DNA of 64,000 nucleotides from an uncultured Alphaproteobacteria bacterium (GTDB taxonomy: Bacteria; Pseudomonadota; Alphaproteobacteria; Rickettsiales; UBA1997). The position numbers were made by a program, and so were the translations under genes. Under the pieces are notes generated by a model that saw nothing but the letters and a program-made list of their open reading frames with translations, did not search any database and was not told the origin of the DNA. The stretch is taken from the NCBI GenBank assembly GCA_903937405.1, contig CAIZZE010000008.1, positions 8,641-72,640 of the forward strand, in the 5' to 3' direction. This document shows positions 26,508 through 34,767 of the stretch, one piece after another (position 1 is the first letter of the stretch; the number at the start of each line of letters is the position of its first letter).

Positions 26508-28691
26508 ATGCCAAGTAAAAATTTTCGCTATGCCGCAATTGCGCTTCGATTTTTAGAAAAAATCCTTGGCTCAAATTTTTCCGTTACCGGAATAGAAAAA
26601 CTGCCGCAACAGCCAATTATGTTTGTGGCTAATCATTTCACACGTTCCGAAACTTTTTTTGTTCCCTACATTTTATACAAACATACCGGCCGTCAAGTGC
26701 GCTGCCTTGCTGACTCTGGTCTTTACCACGGTGCTTTGGGACGTTTTTTGGAATCAGTTGGAACCATTCCTACCAAACATAAAAACCGCGATAATGTAAT
26801 CGTCAAAGACCTCATCACCGGCGAATATGATTGGATGATTTATCCGGAAGGCAGCATGCTCAAAAGCAAAGAAATCAAACATGAGCAGCGTTTCATTAAT
26901 TACACACCTTACCGCGTGGGGCCGGTTCGAACTGGTTCAGCGGTTTTGGCTTTGAAGTCGGAAATTTATCGTGAGGATATTGTTGAGGCTTACGCCAAAA
27001 ACCAAGCTAATGTTTTAAAGAATTTTGAAGAATTTCTTGATGTTCCCTATCAGGAATATTTTAAAGATATTAACACCCACATCGTTCCACTCAATATTAC
27101 CTATTATCCGTTGCGTCCCGGCGTAAATAAAATCCAGAAATTGGCGCAGCGTTTAATTAAAACAATCCCAAAACAAGTTTCCGAAGAATTAGAAATTGAA
27201 GGAAATCTTTTGCTCGGCGCTGAAATAAATATCAGTTTTGGTGATCCGATAAATCTGGCAGATTATGTGAAATCAACGCGCAACTTGGTGAACCAGATTC
27301 CGATTATAAAAGATGAAACCAAAACTAATTTAATTTTACGATACCTGAAATCGCGTTTAACCAGCAATTTTATGGCCAAAATTTATTCTGATATTCAGGT
27401 CAATCTCGATCATCTTTTTGCCGCAAGTTTAAGTTTTATCAAAGATCCAGAAATTGAAATTAGCCGCTTGAAAAGAATAATTTACATGTCAGCGGTGATG
27501 ATCAAAAAGACTGGTAAAAACAGGCTTAATCACAGTATTTTTGAAGAAAATTTATTTAAAATTTTTCTCGATGAACCGCATGTCGAATTTGATAGTGTTT
27601 TCGAACTAGCTAAAAAGCAGGGCGTGATTGAAGAAGTTGGTGATGGCAAAATACAAATCAAAAAAGCGCTACTCGAAAAACAATATGATTTTCATGAAAT
27701 CCGCCTCGAAAATTCTTTGCATGTGATTGCTAATGAATTTTCGTTGCTGGAATTGGGCTGTGATATTGTAAAAAGAAATATCAAAACGCCTGATGATGAA
27801 CTGCGAAGTAAGGTTTTTAATGAAATTTATCATCGTGATCTTGAGTCATTTAATACTGATTATGATATTTATTTTGATGAAAAATTTTCTAAAGATAAAT
27901 CGGTTGGATCACCTTTTTTCTTGGATTCGCGCTGCAAAAATTCGCCACGAGTAAAAAGAGTCGGCGTTGTTATTGCGCATGGATATAAATCGGCACCGCG
28001 TGAAATTGAAGGTTTGGCGCAATTTATTAATGGTTTTGGATTCAAGGTTTATGGCGTACGTTTGAAAGGTCACGGAACCGCGCCAATCAACATGAAAGAT
28101 GTAACTTGGGAAGATTGGTACTACAGCCAACAACGTGGATACGCAGCTTTACAAAATATTTGCTCCAAAATTATTTTGATCGGTTTTTCAACCGGTGGTC
28201 TTTTGAGTTTGCTTTCCTGCGCTAGAAAAAATCATGCTTCTAAAAAATTATTTGCTTTGGTGTCGATTAATTCAGCTTTAAAATTGTGCGATCTTAAAGC
28301 GCGAATGGTTCCTGGAATAAATATATGGAATGAAATGCTGGAGAAGTTAAATATTGAAAGAGGTCGTTTGGAATATGTTGATGATGTTCCAGAAAATCCA
28401 AAAATTAATTATAGCCGCAACTATTTAAAAGGCGTAGAACAGCTTGATAAATTAATGCATGTTTGCGAAAAAAACCTTTCCAAAATCAATACGAAAGCTT
28501 TGATTATTCAGGGCAACAAAGATCCGGTGGTTAACCTGGATAGTGGGAAAACTATTTATGATAAAATTCATTCATCGGAAAAATATTTAGCAGAGTTAAA
28601 TTTTTCAAATCACGTTATTGTTACCGGAGAAGGAAAAGAAGAAGTTTTTCAGGTAATAAGAAAATTTTTGGCGCAATTAAAATTAATTTAA
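26508..28691 (+). CDS. fusion protein: N-terminal lysophospholipid acyltransferase (PlsC/LPLAT)-like domain + C-terminal alpha/beta hydrolase (lysophospholipase/esterase-like)
   Basis: N-terminus: FVANHFTRSE (HX4D/E-type motif) and IYPEGSM (FPEG block). C-terminus: VVIAHGY, nucleophile elbow GFSTGG, GNKDPVV (Asp), SNHV (His). Confidence 0.65.
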   Translation: MPSKNFRYAAIALRFLEKILGSNFSVTGIEKLPQQPIMFVANHFTRSETFFVPYILYKHTGRQVRCLADSGLYHGALGRFLESVGTIPTKHKNRDNVIVKDLITGEYDWMIYPEGSMLKSKEIKHEQRFINYTPYRVGPVRTGSAVLALKSEIYREDIVEAYAKNQANVLKNFEEFLDVPYQEYFKDINTHIVPLNITYYPLRPGVNKIQKLAQRLIKTIPKQVSEELEIEGNLLLGAEINISFGDPINLADYVKSTRNLVNQIPIIKDETKTNLILRYLKSRLTSNFMAKIYSDIQVNLDHLFAASLSFIKDPEIEISRLKRIIYMSAVMIKKTGKNRLNHSIFEENLFKIFLDEPHVEFDSVFELAKKQGVIEEVGDGKIQIKKALLEKQYDFHEIRLENSLHVIANEFSLLELGCDIVKRNIKTPDDELRSKVFNEIYHRDLESFNTDYDIYFDEKFSKDKSVGSPFFLDSRCKNSPRVKRVGVVIAHGYKSAPREIEGLAQFINGFGFKVYGVRLKGHGTAPINMKDVTWEDWYYSQQRGYAALQNICSKIILIGFSTGGLLSLLSCARKNHASKKLFALVSINSALKLCDLKARMVPGINIWNEMLEKLNIERGRLEYVDDVPENPKINYSRNYLKGVEQLDKLMHVCEKNLSKINTKALIIQGNKDPVVNLDSGKTIYDKIHSSEKYLAELNFSNHVIVTGEGKEEVFQVIRKFLAQLKLI

Positions 28692-28718
28692 GATTTAAGT
28701 TTAGGATTTAGGATTTAA
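28691..28718. repeat. tandem GATTTAR heptamers
   Basis: AGATTTAAGTTTAGGATTTAGGATTTAA, immediately after the stop of 26508..28691. Confidence 0.5.
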
Positions 28719-28771
28719 AAAGTGACCTAAGAGCCCGTCTAAAGTCTTTTTAGAAACCCGTTTAATCTTAC

Positions 28772-30085
28772 TTGAAATCAATTCACAAATTCATGAAATC
28801 CAAGCTTACAAAAAGACCAGATCCGGAGATAGACGAGCAGGAAGATGAAGGAGAAAGTGCGGAAGTCGGAGCAAGTGGTCCCGCGATTGCAGCGGCAAAA
28901 AAAAGTAAAATGGCGATAATCGCTGCCTCATCAATTTTGATTACGGTAGTGGTTTATTTTATGTTTTTTAAAGCTGATGAGCCAAAAAAAGAAAATCTTG
29001 AAGAAGTAGCGCCACCACCATCAAGAGTAGCGACAAGCGAGGAAGGAAAATCTCCATTTGAAATTGAAGCTCCAGAAAAAAAAGAAGATGTTTCGTTATT
29101 AGATAAGCCGGCAAAACCTGATGTTCCAACTTTACCGGAACTTCCTGAAGGAATGGAGCCGCAGTCTGAGCAAGTTCTTCCAACGGCAAATCCACAACAA
29201 AATCCTCAAGCTCCGCAGCAATTATTGCCTACGCAAAATATGCCAGGTCAGCAAAATAACAATCCGACGCAGGTTAATCCGCAAAATCCGGAAAAAACCA
29301 AAGATACTGATCCGCGCTATGCTCCAATAATTGTTTTTGGCGGCACGGCGGAGGGCACACCATCTCGTGGCGTTGGTTATGAAAATAATATTGTAAACTT
29401 GAATCAGGATCCGATCAATAAATTACAAAAAAGTAAAACTGGAGTTACTGCGACTTTTATTGGTGATCGTGCTCACACCATTGCTCAAGGTAAATTATTA
29501 AGTGCGGTTTTAGAAACGGCGATTAACACTGAAATTCCCGGCTTTGTGCGCGCAATAATTAGCCGTGATGTTTATGCAGAAGCAGGCAATCAAATTCTGG
29601 TTCCGCGCGGCTCAAGATTATTTGGAACTTATTCCAGTAAAATTACGCGCGGTCAGGGTAGGGTTGAAATAGCTTGGACGCGTTTAATCAGGCCAGATGG
29701 TGTTGACATGTCAGTTAGTTTTAATGCTTCTGATCAATTTGGCAGATCGGGAATTCCGGGAGATGTTGATAATAAATATAGTGCTCTCGTCGCCAATTCA
29801 ATGTTGACAAGTATTCTTGCAGTTGGTGGTGTTTCAGCAGCGCAGAAACTTTTAGGAAGTGGTAGTCAGTTAAATACGACAACAACTAATCCAACTCAAG
29901 GCACAACTACAACTACTGGAAGCGCTGCTAACCAAGCAATTTACGACGTAAGTAAAACAATCATTGATACTGTGGGACAGGTAATTGGATCTACACTTAA
30001 TTCCAATCCGGTTATACGTGTTCCTCAAGGTACCAGAATTACTGTGGTGGTGAATTCTGATATTAACATTCCATCAATGAAATAA
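28772..30085 (+). CDS. virB10: type IV secretion system protein VirB10 (TrbI family)
   Basis: TM segment, Pro/Gln-rich linker, then VPRGSRLFGTYSS...RVEIAWTRLIRPDG...DQFGRSGIPGDVDNKY conserved TrbI core. Confidence 0.9.
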   Translation: MKSIHKFMKSKLTKRPDPEIDEQEDEGESAEVGASGPAIAAAKKSKMAIIAASSILITVVVYFMFFKADEPKKENLEEVAPPPSRVATSEEGKSPFEIEAPEKKEDVSLLDKPAKPDVPTLPELPEGMEPQSEQVLPTANPQQNPQAPQQLLPTQNMPGQQNNNPTQVNPQNPEKTKDTDPRYAPIIVFGGTAEGTPSRGVGYENNIVNLNQDPINKLQKSKTGVTATFIGDRAHTIAQGKLLSAVLETAINTEIPGFVRAIISRDVYAEAGNQILVPRGSRLFGTYSSKITRGQGRVEIAWTRLIRPDGVDMSVSFNASDQFGRSGIPGDVDNKYSALVANSMLTSILAVGGVSAAQKLLGSGSQLNTTTTNPTQGTTTTTGSAANQAIYDVSKTIIDTVGQVIGSTLNSNPVIRVPQGTRITVVVNSDINIPSMK

Positions 30086-30918
30086 TGTCTCAAAAAATTA
30101 TTAACATCCACTTAATTTCTGATTCTACCGGTGAAACTTTAAGTTCAGTGGCGCGCGCAGTTTTATCACAATTTGAAGGTGTTGAATCAAACGATTTCAT
30201 TTGGCCTTTGGTGCGCACCAAGCCTCAGTTGGAAAGGGTTATGGAGTCGATTGCCAAAGATCCGGGAATTGTGATGTATACAATCTTGCATGATGATTTA
30301 ACTGATTCTTTGAAGCGCCATTGTTACGAATTAAAAATTCCCTGTATTCCGGTTTTATCGCACATTATAGCCGAATTTTCTAATTATCTGGGAATGAATA
30401 TTAGCCATACAATCGGTCGCCAGCATTTGCTCGACAGAGAATATTTTTCACGCGTTGAAGCAATAAGTTATACAATTAATCACGATGATGGACAAGCTGG
30501 TTGGGATTTATATGATGCCGATATTGTGATTGTCGGAGTTTCACGAACATCAAAATCGCCAACCTCAGTTTATCTTTCCTGTCGTGGATATAAGACGGGA
30601 AATATTCCATTTGTTTCAATCGAGACAATACCAGCAAGCATTTACGATTTAAAAAAACCTTTAATTGTTGGTCTGACAATTAATCCAGAAAAATTAGTGC
30701 AAATAAGACAAAGCCGTTTAAGTTCGATTGGGCAAGAGTCTGTAAGCGATTATGTTAATATTGAATCGATCAAAAACGAAGTTGCAGAATCAAGAAAGTT
30801 ATTCGCTAAACTGAACTGCCCGGTAATTGATGTTACCAAAAGATCAGTTGAAGAAACGGCAGCCAAAATTATTCAATTGTTACAAGAGAAAAAACTTCGC
30901 GAGAAAACAAATCAGTAA
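30085..30918 (+). CDS. ppsR: pyruvate, phosphate dikinase / PEP synthase regulatory protein (bifunctional kinase/pyrophosphorylase, DUF299)
   Basis: IHLISDSTGETL N-terminus and P-loop-like GVSRTSKSPTS. 277 aa. TAATG overlap with the virB10 stop. Confidence 0.85.
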   Translation: MSQKIINIHLISDSTGETLSSVARAVLSQFEGVESNDFIWPLVRTKPQLERVMESIAKDPGIVMYTILHDDLTDSLKRHCYELKIPCIPVLSHIIAEFSNYLGMNISHTIGRQHLLDREYFSRVEAISYTINHDDGQAGWDLYDADIVIVGVSRTSKSPTSVYLSCRGYKTGNIPFVSIETIPASIYDLKKPLIVGLTINPEKLVQIRQSRLSSIGQESVSDYVNIESIKNEVAESRKLFAKLNCPVIDVTKRSVEETAAKIIQLLQEKKLREKTNQ

Positions 30919-30928
30919 ATTATAAATT

Positions 30929-32386
30929 ATGGTTAAACGTAATATTTTGATTGTTGACGATGAACCTACGCAGCGCAAGGTTCTAGGCAAATTTATAGAA
31001 GATTTGAATCACAACTATTTAGTCATGAGCAGTGGCATGGAAGTGGTAGATTTTTTTATGAATAAAAAAGTCATAAAAGGCCTATCTTGTCATGATATTG
31101 ACGTGATGTTGCTTGATCTTTCAATGCCTGATTTAGATGGTTTAACTGTTTTAAAACAGATTGCTCCAATAAAAGGTGATTTACAGGTAATAGTTCTCAC
31201 AGCCAATAAAGACGTAACTCTAGCTGTTACTGCAATTAATTATGGTGCGATTGATTATATAGTGAAAGGTGAGCGCGACATTTTCGCCCGTGTTACCGCT
31301 TCAATTAATAATGCGATTGAAAAGAAAAACCTGAAATATCAAGTTTCGCACTTGGCTCGCAAAGGCAAAGATCAAGTGGCTTTCTCAGATGTGATCGGGC
31401 AAAGCGAATCAATTTCCAATGCCATCAAACTGGCGAAAAAAGCAGTTAATTCAACAATTCCAATTTTACTTGAAGGACCAAGCGGTTCCGGAAAAGAGCT
31501 TTTGGCCCGTGCAATTCATGGTTCCAGCCCAAGATCAGGAAAACCATTCATAACCGTTGAATGTGATTTATTGAAAAGCAACAACGCCGAAGAAGAACTT
31601 TTTGGTTCGGAAAGAATGCTCGCCGACGGTATGATTAAAAATATCGGTAAAATTCGTGAAGCCATTAATGGCACAATTTTCTTTGAAAGAATCGATTCTT
31701 TGTGCGCCGATTTACAAGTAAAACTTTTGCGTTTTATGCAAGAAGGTGAATTTACTCCAGTTTTGGGAAAATTTCCAATTCGTGCCAATGTTCGCGTGAT
31801 TTCTTCAACTTGTCGCGACATGGAAAAAATGGTTTTGTCGCGTAAATTTCGCGAAGATTTGCGTTACAGAATTTCTTCTTTCCCAATTACGGTTCCATCT
31901 CTTAAAGAGCGCGGCGAAGGCGATATCAGGCTTTTAACCGAAAATTTCTGTCGCGATTTCAGTATTAACGAAAACAAAAAAATCAAAGCCATTAACCAAG
32001 ACACTTTCTACCTGCTCTTTAATTACGATTGGGAAGATAATGTGCGCCAGTTGAAAAACTCGGTGTTTCGCGCCGTAGTGCTTTGCGATGGCGATTTCCT
32101 TAAGCCAGAACATTTCCCGCAATTATTAAATAAAGAAAATAACAGCATTACCAAAGCCAAATCGGCTATCAAAAAAAATTCCGATATTAACAGCGAATTA
32201 ATCGATATTTTTGATGATGAAGGCAAATGCAAAACTGTTGATTTAATCGAAGAAGAAATAATCCGCAGGTTAGTCGACATTTACAACGGCAACCTTTCCG
32301 AAGTTGCAAAACAACTTGATATCGGCAGATCAACAATCTATCGCAAATTAAAAATTCTAAATGAAGGTGAAGATGAGAAAAGTTAA
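30929..32386 (+). CDS. NtrC/NtrX-family response regulator with degenerate AAA+ domain and C-terminal Fis-type HTH
   Basis: Receiver domain (DDEP..., phospho-acceptor context LLDLSMPDLDG). Walker A GPSGSGKE. GAFTGA position reads SERMLADGMIKNI. Walker B position reads FFERID instead of hhhDE. C-terminal HTH is EVAKQLDIGRSTIYRKLK. Confidence 0.8.
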   Translation: MVKRNILIVDDEPTQRKVLGKFIEDLNHNYLVMSSGMEVVDFFMNKKVIKGLSCHDIDVMLLDLSMPDLDGLTVLKQIAPIKGDLQVIVLTANKDVTLAVTAINYGAIDYIVKGERDIFARVTASINNAIEKKNLKYQVSHLARKGKDQVAFSDVIGQSESISNAIKLAKKAVNSTIPILLEGPSGSGKELLARAIHGSSPRSGKPFITVECDLLKSNNAEEELFGSERMLADGMIKNIGKIREAINGTIFFERIDSLCADLQVKLLRFMQEGEFTPVLGKFPIRANVRVISSTCRDMEKMVLSRKFREDLRYRISSFPITVPSLKERGEGDIRLLTENFCRDFSINENKKIKAINQDTFYLLFNYDWEDNVRQLKNSVFRAVVLCDGDFLKPEHFPQLLNKENNSITKAKSAIKKNSDINSELIDIFDDEGKCKTVDLIEEEIIRRLVDIYNGNLSEVAKQLDIGRSTIYRKLKILNEGEDEKS

Positions 32387-33251
32387 AACTGCGGTTTTTC
32401 CAGTTGGTGGTTTAGGCACGCGCTTTTTGCCGGCGACTAAATCAATGCCGAAAGAAATGTTGCCAATTGCCAACAAGCCGATCATTCAATATGCTTTTGA
32501 AGAAGCGCGCGACGCGGGAATTGAAAAATTTATTTTCGTAACTGGGCGCAATAAAAATGCTATCAACAACCATTTTGATCACGCTTATGAACTTGAATCA
32601 AAGCTTGATGAAAAAAATAAATCACAAGAATTAACTCAAGTTATGGGTTGGCTTCCAGAAGCCGGACAAATGGCTTTCGTGCGCCAGCAAAAGCCTTTGG
32701 GTTTGGGTCACGCAATTTGGTGTGCCAGAAATTTCATTGCTCATGATGAAGCTTTTGTCGTGATTTTGGCTGATGAAATGATGATGCAAAGTTCGAATCG
32801 TCCAAGAAATTTTCTTGGTGAAATGATTGATCTTTATCACAAGAAAGAAGTGTCTTCAAGTGTTGTAGCCGTTGATGAAATTGATATGAGCGAAACTCAT
32901 AAATATGGCATTATCAAAAATGAAAGTGATGAAAGAATCATCGATATGATTGAAAAACCTAAATCTGAAGTTGCGCCATCAAATTTAGCAATTACTGGGC
33001 GTTATATCTTACAACCTGAAATTTTCGAATATCTGGAAAAATTTGAAGTTGGCAGTGGTGGCGAAATTCAGCTTACAGATGCAATGAAAGCAATGTGCAA
33101 ACGTCATCCTTATTATTATAAAAAAATTGATGAAGTTCGTTTTGATTGCGGCAATGTTTTAGGCTATCTTGAAGCTAATATTGCTTATGCGATGCATAAT
33201 GAAGCGATCAACGCTGATGTGAAAAAAATTCTGCAAAAATATTCTAAATAA
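32373..33251 (+). CDS. galU: UTP--glucose-1-phosphate uridylyltransferase
   Basis: KTAVFPVGGLGTRFLPATKSMPKEMLPI is the canonical GalU N-terminus. Start at ATG 32373, overlapping the upstream regulator's last codons. Confidence 0.92.
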   Translation: MRKVKTAVFPVGGLGTRFLPATKSMPKEMLPIANKPIIQYAFEEARDAGIEKFIFVTGRNKNAINNHFDHAYELESKLDEKNKSQELTQVMGWLPEAGQMAFVRQQKPLGLGHAIWCARNFIAHDEAFVVILADEMMMQSSNRPRNFLGEMIDLYHKKEVSSSVVAVDEIDMSETHKYGIIKNESDERIIDMIEKPKSEVAPSNLAITGRYILQPEIFEYLEKFEVGSGGEIQLTDAMKAMCKRHPYYYKKIDEVRFDCGNVLGYLEANIAYAMHNEAINADVKKILQKYSK

Positions 33252-33269
33252 TCATTTTATTAAAATCGT

Positions 33270-33364
33270 ATAGATCCTGAAACAAGTTCAGGATGACGTA
33301 GTTGGTGTTAAGTTCGAGTGCAAATTCTCCCACATCGTCATCCTGAACTTGATTCAGGATCTAT
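33270..33364. repeat. HP1 palindromic element (full)
   Basis: ATAGATCCTGAAACAAGTTCAGGATGAC ... GTCATCCTGAACTTGATTCAGGATCTAT, between galU and fabD. Confidence 0.9.
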
Positions 33365-33403
33365 CCAATTTTCAATTCAATAACAACTTCAATTAAACAA
33401 AAT

Positions 33404-34345
33404 ATGAAAACAGCATTCGTCTTTCCAGGTCAAGGTTCTCAAGTGGTTGGAATGGGAAAAGATTTGTATGAAAATTTTGCTCACGCGCGTGAAGTATTTC
33501 AAAAAACTGATGAAATTTTAGGAGTGAATCTTTCTAAAATCATGTTTGAAGGACCGAGCGAAGAATTAACAAAAACTGAAAATACCCAACCAGCTCTAAT
33601 GGCGGTTTCAATTGCACTTACAACAGTTTTAGAAAAAGAATTTGGTAAAAAACTAGAAGATCTTTGTTCATTTGTAGCAGGACATTCTCTAGGTGAATAT
33701 TCGGCATTATGTGCGGCGAAGGCGATTTCACTAGAAGAAACAGCAAAACTTTTACAAGTTCGCGGATCGGAAATGGCAAAATGTGGTGAAAAATCACAAG
33801 GCGCAATGGCGGCAATTTTGGGTGTCGAAATTGAAGTGGCAAAAGAAATCGCAAGAGAAGCAGCGCAAGGTGAAATTTGCCAAGTTGCCAATGACAATTC
33901 AGTTGGACAAGTTGTAATTTCTGGTTCTAAAGCTGCAATTGAACGCGCTTTGGAAATTGCCAAAGCTAAACGCGCCAAACGCGCTATTGCCCTTCCGGTG
34001 AGTGGTGCTTTTCATTCTGATTTAATGTTGGAAGCGCAAAGCAAAATGAAAATTGCTTTGGCAAATGCCAATATTAAAGCGCCAATAATTCCAGTTGTGG
34101 CAAATGTTACCGCAAGTTTGGTGAGCGATCCAAATGAAATTCGTGAGCTACTGGCAAAACAAATTACTGGTTCGGTTAGATGGCGCGAAACCATGCTATT
34201 TATGGCGGCGCAAGGTGTTGAGGAAATTATTGAAATTGGTTCAGGAAAGGTTTTGACTGGAATGGTTGGCAGAACTTGTCCGGGTGTTAAATCTAGATCA
34301 ATCCAGAATACTGAAGATTTGAAGGCTTTTGTAGAAATGCTTTAA
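33404..34345 (+). CDS. fabD: ACP S-malonyltransferase
   Basis: FVFPGQGSQ, GHSLGEYSAL (active-site Ser), VSGAFHS. Confidence 0.95.
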   Translation: MKTAFVFPGQGSQVVGMGKDLYENFAHAREVFQKTDEILGVNLSKIMFEGPSEELTKTENTQPALMAVSIALTTVLEKEFGKKLEDLCSFVAGHSLGEYSALCAAKAISLEETAKLLQVRGSEMAKCGEKSQGAMAAILGVEIEVAKEIAREAAQGEICQVANDNSVGQVVISGSKAAIERALEIAKAKRAKRAIALPVSGAFHSDLMLEAQSKMKIALANANIKAPIIPVVANVTASLVSDPNEIRELLAKQITGSVRWRETMLFMAAQGVEEIIEIGSGKVLTGMVGRTCPGVKSRSIQNTEDLKAFVEML

Positions 34346-34549
34346 ACAGTTTCTTATACCAAGCTGCATTCAAAACATGAGAAGTAGCAAAGAAATTTTG
34401 GTAAAAATCTGCTCGAAGAATGATGATGCGCCACTTGTTACAGCTTACATTCTTTGTCGCAATTTTTCCTCCGAATTTCTTTGCTAAAAACTGTTGCATA
34501 ATAGTGATAATCTAATGAATGTACAGCGGCTCTAAAAAAAAGAGAGAAA

Positions 34550-34625
34550 TGGTGGAGATATGCGGGTTCGAACCGCAGACCCCCTGCTTGCAAAGCAGGT
34601 GCTCTACCAACTGAGCTATATCCCC
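34550..34625 (-). tRNA. tRNA-Ala (anticodon UGC), CCA encoded
   Basis: Reverse complement GGGGATATAGCTCAGTTGGTAGAGCACCTGCTTTGCAAGCAGGGGGTCTGCGGTTCGAACCCGCATATCTCCACCA folds as a cloverleaf of 76 nt. G3:U70 identity pair. Anticodon loop TTTGCAA. Confidence 0.95.
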
Positions 34626-34767
34626 AATGTTTTTTAAAATTCCAAAAACAAGGTCGCGGAAAATAGAATTGACAAACGAATTGTCAAAGTGTTTTTTGCA
34701 AATTAATTGAATTAATTTTTCTGGCTGGTTTAAAAAAATAAAAATCCAAATTCTTCAATTTTTTAAA

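Noticed and set aside
33499-33978. 159-aa antisense ORF within fabD. The same applies to 10233..10799 in leuC, 6508..6903 in glyA, 2384..2740 and 1662..1916 in the effector ORF, and 15172..15516 in hsdR.
   Set aside because: These lie opposite confidently identified genes and are low-complexity Ser/Ala/Ile-rich translations. They are typical shadow ORFs.
34293-34499. 68-aa minus-strand ORF next to tRNA-Ala, considered as an integrase or transposase remnant
   Set aside because: It overlaps the fabD 3' end and has no recognisable recombinase motif (no R..H..R..Y pattern). It is probably spurious.
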